The position numbers and the translations under genes are program-made. This document shows, in pieces, positions 60,636-64,000 of a stretch of DNA of 64,000 nucleotides. How positions within the stretch are numbered: position 1 is the first letter of the stretch; each line of letters begins with the position of its first letter. The DNA comes from Microcoleus sp. Its GTDB lineage: Bacteria; Cyanobacteriota; Cyanobacteriia; Cyanobacteriales; Microcoleaceae. The notes under the pieces were generated by a model. That model saw only the letters and a list, made by a program, of their open reading frames with translations, was not told where the DNA came from and did not search any database. The DNA is taken from contig JAYFMW010000007.1 of NCBI GenBank assembly GCA_042408215.1, positions 241,797-305,796 on the forward strand. Reading direction: 5' to 3'.

Positions 60636-62412
60636 ATGTTGCTATTTAGTCCCAGTCAATCCCTGGATAGCCCAGCCAAAATTGACAAATATACTGATAA
60701 AAACTCGTCGCAGAATGTATCTATGCAGCCAAATTGCCTTAAGCAAATATTCAGTCGGTTGCGGATCGGCCAAAAAATTGGCTATGGCTATGCTTTAGCT
60801 ATTGGGATAGCTATTTTGGGAACGGGTATGGGAATGAAAGTGGGAGATTATTTCCGCAAACAAGCTCTAATTCAGCTAAATGTTGCTCAGCAGCAACAGG
60901 AACTTCTGCAAAATTTCCAAAATACGGTACTTAAAGCCCGATCGCACGCGGCGAGGCTACCAGCCGTTTTCGGAGACACAGTTCGGTTGAAATACGAAAA
61001 CAATCGGTTTTTTCGGGAAATCAATGAGGCGAAAAGCCTAATTTCTGAAATTGAATCTTTTGCACGAAAAAATCCCGATCTGCTAGCAACAGAAAACACA
61101 AAGTTGCAGGCTATGTTAAAGAGATATGACACGATCATCGATTACTACGCTCAGCTAATTAAATTGCAGTTAAAAGAAGCCGAATCGGGAATTTTTGCCC
61201 CCCAAGAAAATCGAATCCGCCCAGCTACAAATGTTGAGAATTAGCAGCGGGGAAGAAGCGCTATTACTAGACGATATTGCCGATAATTTAACCCAGCTAA
61301 TTGCCGCAGTAAAAGTTCAAAAACTGCAAGGATTGGAAGAATTAGAAGAAGCTGAAGGTTTGCGAAACCGAATTATACTGGGGAGTATCCTGATTTCAGC
61401 ACTGATCGCTGCGGGACTAGCCCGCAATACCAGCCGTGCGATCGCCCAACCCATCGAAACCGTCACCAACGTTGCCCAGCAAGTCGCTCGCGAATCCAAT
61501 TTTCACCTGCAAGTACCAGTTACAACCGAAGACGAAATTGGAGTTTTAGCCACCTCTTTTAATCAATTAATTCAGCGAGTTAGCGACTATACACAAGAAC
61601 TAAAACAAACTCAATCCCAACTGATTCAGACCGAAAAAATGTCATCTCTCGGTCAAATGGTTGCAGGTGTTGCCCACGAAATTAATAATCCCGTCAACTT
61701 CATCGGTGGTAACATCGATCATGTGAATCAATACATCGAAGAGTTGCTAAAACTCGTAAATCTCTATCAAGAAAACTATCCAAACCCAGCCGATGCAATT
61801 CACAATCATATAGAAGAAAGTGACCTCGAATTTATCATAGAAGATTTGCCAAAAACGCTGTCTTCGATGAAAATGGGAGCCGATCGCATTCGCGAAATTG
61901 TCGTATCCATGCGTAATTTTTCCCGATTGGACGATGCCCAAATGAAACCCGCCGATCTTCATGAAGGAATTAACAGCACCCTCATAATTCTCAATCATCG
62001 ACTCAAACAAGGCATTGAAGTTATTAAAAACTACGGCAGCTTGTCCCTAGTAGATTGTTATCCTGCACAACTGAATCAAGTATTTATGAACGTGATCGGC
62101 AATGCCATAGATGCCCTGGAAGAGATGAAAAAGGGAGATAAAGGGTATGCGCCGAAGATTTGGATTAGCACCGAAGTTGTCGCAGATAACACTGTCACGG
62201 TCAAGATTCGGGATAACGGGCCGGGAATTGCGATCGATTGTGCGTCACATATATTTGACCCATTTTTTACTACTAAGTCGATCGGCAAAGGTACTGGATT
62301 GGGCCTGGCTATTTCCGAGCAAATAGTTGCCAAACATCACGGCAAAATTGAGATGAATTCCGAAATAGGAAAGGGAACGGAATTTGTGATTAATTTGCCA
62401 GTTGCTGCTTGA
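60636..62412 (+). CDS. HAMP-domain sensor histidine kinase; one frameshift near 61195-61212 joins ORFs 60621-61244 and 61195-62412
   Basis: TM1 in the first ORF; TM2, HAMP (DEIGVLA), H-box VAHEINNP and N/G1/F/G2 boxes in the second. Confidence 0.88.
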
Positions 62413-63765
62413 CACTCCTCGGCCTGAAGGCACGAGGATTCTTGGTTCAGTCAGTCGATTTGCTCGTTGATGCTACCACCAACGAGTAGAGGTCGGTCTG
62501 TCCCCAAGCGTTAATTTCGGTGTGCCCCACCGTATTTAAATTGATTCCTGCACGGGCTTTCAATCCTTTCGCCAAAATATTCAAAGCTGCATTATGATCG
62601 CGATCTAGAACAGTGCCACAACTGCAAACATGAGTCCTAACTGAAAGCGATTTCTTAACTAGATTCCCACAACTTGAACAATCTTGGGAAGTGTACTGAG
62701 GAGCAACAGCAACTACTGTTTTACCGTACACTTTCCCAAAATATTGCAACCATTGGGCAAACTGTGACCATGCTGCATCGCTAATAGATTTAGCAAGCTT
62801 ATGGTTTTTCACCATATTTCTCACTTGCAGATTTTCGTAAGCTACGAAATCGCTAGATTTCACTACGCACAACGCCGTCTTAATGGCGAAGTCTTTGCGC
62901 TGCCGACTGACCTTCAGGTGTTTTCTTCCCAACCTGTTGATAGCTTTCTTACGATTGCCCGAACCTTTCTTTTTCCGAGAAACTCGTTTCTGTAATCGCT
63001 TTAAAGCTTTTTCACTTTTACGCAAATGTCGAGGATTAGGAACTGTTTCTCCGGTGCTATCGGTGTAGAAATGGTTTAATCCTACATCCAGCCCTACGGC
63101 TTTGCCAGTAGGAATTGTTTCCTCTGTCCGTTCCACGTTGATACAAAACTGAGCGTAGTAGCCATCGGCACGACGGATTACTCTGATTCGTTTGATTTCA
63201 CCAGGCGCATAAAAGTGCAAATCTCGACTACCGATTAACTTGAACTTTCCAGCAGCGAAGCCGTCTTTAAACGTCAAGCATCTTTTGTCGTTAGAAAGCG
63301 CCCAACCGGATTGTTTGTACTCTACGGAACGAGTATGTTTCTTGAACTGTGGGTATCCTTTTTTTCCTGGTTTTTTGGCTTGGCAATTCGAGAAAAAACG
63401 TTGGATAGCAAAAATGGCGCGTTGGGCCGAAGCCTGACGTGCCGTTGAGTTAAGCTTGCCCGCCCATTCAAACTCTTTCGCCATGATGGCGCATTGTTTG
63501 TATAGATCGACTAGCTTAACCCCTTGATTATCAATCCAATATCTAAGAGTTTTGTTTCGGACAAATTGAGCTGTGCGGATCATTTCGTCGATCATCCGGT
63601 ATTGCTGCGATTTGCCTTTTAATTTAAACTCTAGTACAATCATGCCATTATTCTATCATTTTTACAAATCACTGTGTTTAAAAAGTGCGTAGGTTTAATA
63701 ATTATTTACAGTTTATAGAAATTAAAGCCGTCCTAGAAGGACGGGGCTTTAGACCCAAACTTTTG
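62409..63765 (-). mobile_element. tnpB-only IS200/IS605 element
   Basis: Left end gggtctaaagccccgtcc-ttcta-ggacgg after TTAC; right end gaatcctcg..cgaggagtgtcaa. Confidence 0.88.
62447..63643 (-). CDS. tnpB: RNA-guided endonuclease TnpB
   Basis: GLDVG, AYENL, CSSC..CSC, DRDHNAALNI. Confidence 0.94.
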   Translation of the reverse strand: MIVLEFKLKGKSQQYRMIDEMIRTAQFVRNKTLRYWIDNQGVKLVDLYKQCAIMAKEFEWAGKLNSTARQASAQRAIFAIQRFFSNCQAKKPGKKGYPQFKKHTRSVEYKQSGWALSNDKRCLTFKDGFAAGKFKLIGSRDLHFYAPGEIKRIRVIRRADGYYAQFCINVERTEETIPTGKAVGLDVGLNHFYTDSTGETVPNPRHLRKSEKALKRLQKRVSRKKKGSGNRKKAINRLGRKHLKVSRQRKDFAIKTALCVVKSSDFVAYENLQVRNMVKNHKLAKSISDAAWSQFAQWLQYFGKVYGKTVVAVAPQYTSQDCSSCGNLVKKSLSVRTHVCSCGTVLDRDHNAALNILAKGLKARAGINLNTVGHTEINAWGQTDLYSLVVASTSKSTD

Positions 63766-63879
63766 GTAAAATGCGATCGCTGTTAGATTCCCGACTTCTT
63801 AAACAAGTCGGGAATCTGGTCGCACTTTTACATTAAGTAAAACTCACTGCGGGCGATCGCACTTTTCAACTAATTTTTA

Positions 63880-63899
63880 TGGGGGTGGAGGGACTTGAA
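63880..63899 (-). other. 20-nt tRNA 3'-end fragment (resembles tRNA-Leu UAA); possible att site
   Basis: Minus strand reads TTCAAGTCCCTCCACCCCCA; the rest of the tRNA is absent. Confidence 0.55.
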
Positions 63900-63913
63900 T
63901 TAGCGCTTAGTTC

Positions 63914-64000
63914 TCAATCGACGATTTTGCGCCGTTCTAGCTCTTCTTTTGACTCGCGGCGAAAGTCCTGTTTTGTACCTGAGCGATAACTGAGCGACTT
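63914..64000 (-). CDS. 3' end of an unidentified CDS running off the window
   Basis: Open frame KSLSYRSGTKQDFRRESKEELERRKIVD*. Confidence 0.4.
   Translation of the reverse strand, partial: KSLSYRSGTKQDFRRESKEELERRKIVD

Noticed and set aside
63870..63960. Complete tRNA gene
   Set aside because: Only the last 20 nt are tRNA-like; no D or anticodon arm

Overview
This is a chromosomal segment of a filamentous cyanobacterium, probably Oscillatoriales/Microcoleus-like. The basis is abundant HIP1 GCGATCGC, heptamer STRR arrays and the gene content. The housekeeping backbone includes ilvD, a prk-like gene, ftrV, cax, pyrD, a carotenoid oxidoreductase, ureDABC and several kinases. Four things interrupt it. 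(1) An AT-rich ~12 kb island bounded by a perfect 48-bp direct repeat and by two halves of a Uma2 gene. It carries a two-module NRPS (half-C, A[Pro-type], MT, T, C, A[Orn-type], T, TE) with GNAT, SMR exporter, LysA-like PLP enzyme and SET-domain genes. This is the best candidate for an undescribed pathway. (2) Six tnpA-less IS200/IS605 elements: three with tnpB, one orphan IscB-type omegaRNA/HEARO element and two ORF-less derivatives. Their target tetramers all follow the left-end guide rule, and two sit exactly in front of host start codons. (3) TA/defence-like gene pairs interleaved in the urease operon, next to an MmeI-like R-M enzyme. (4) A tRNA-Leu 3' fragment at the right edge that may be an att site. 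Several single-base frameshifts in otherwise intact genes may be sequencing errors. All calls come from reading the sequence by eye; no searches were run.
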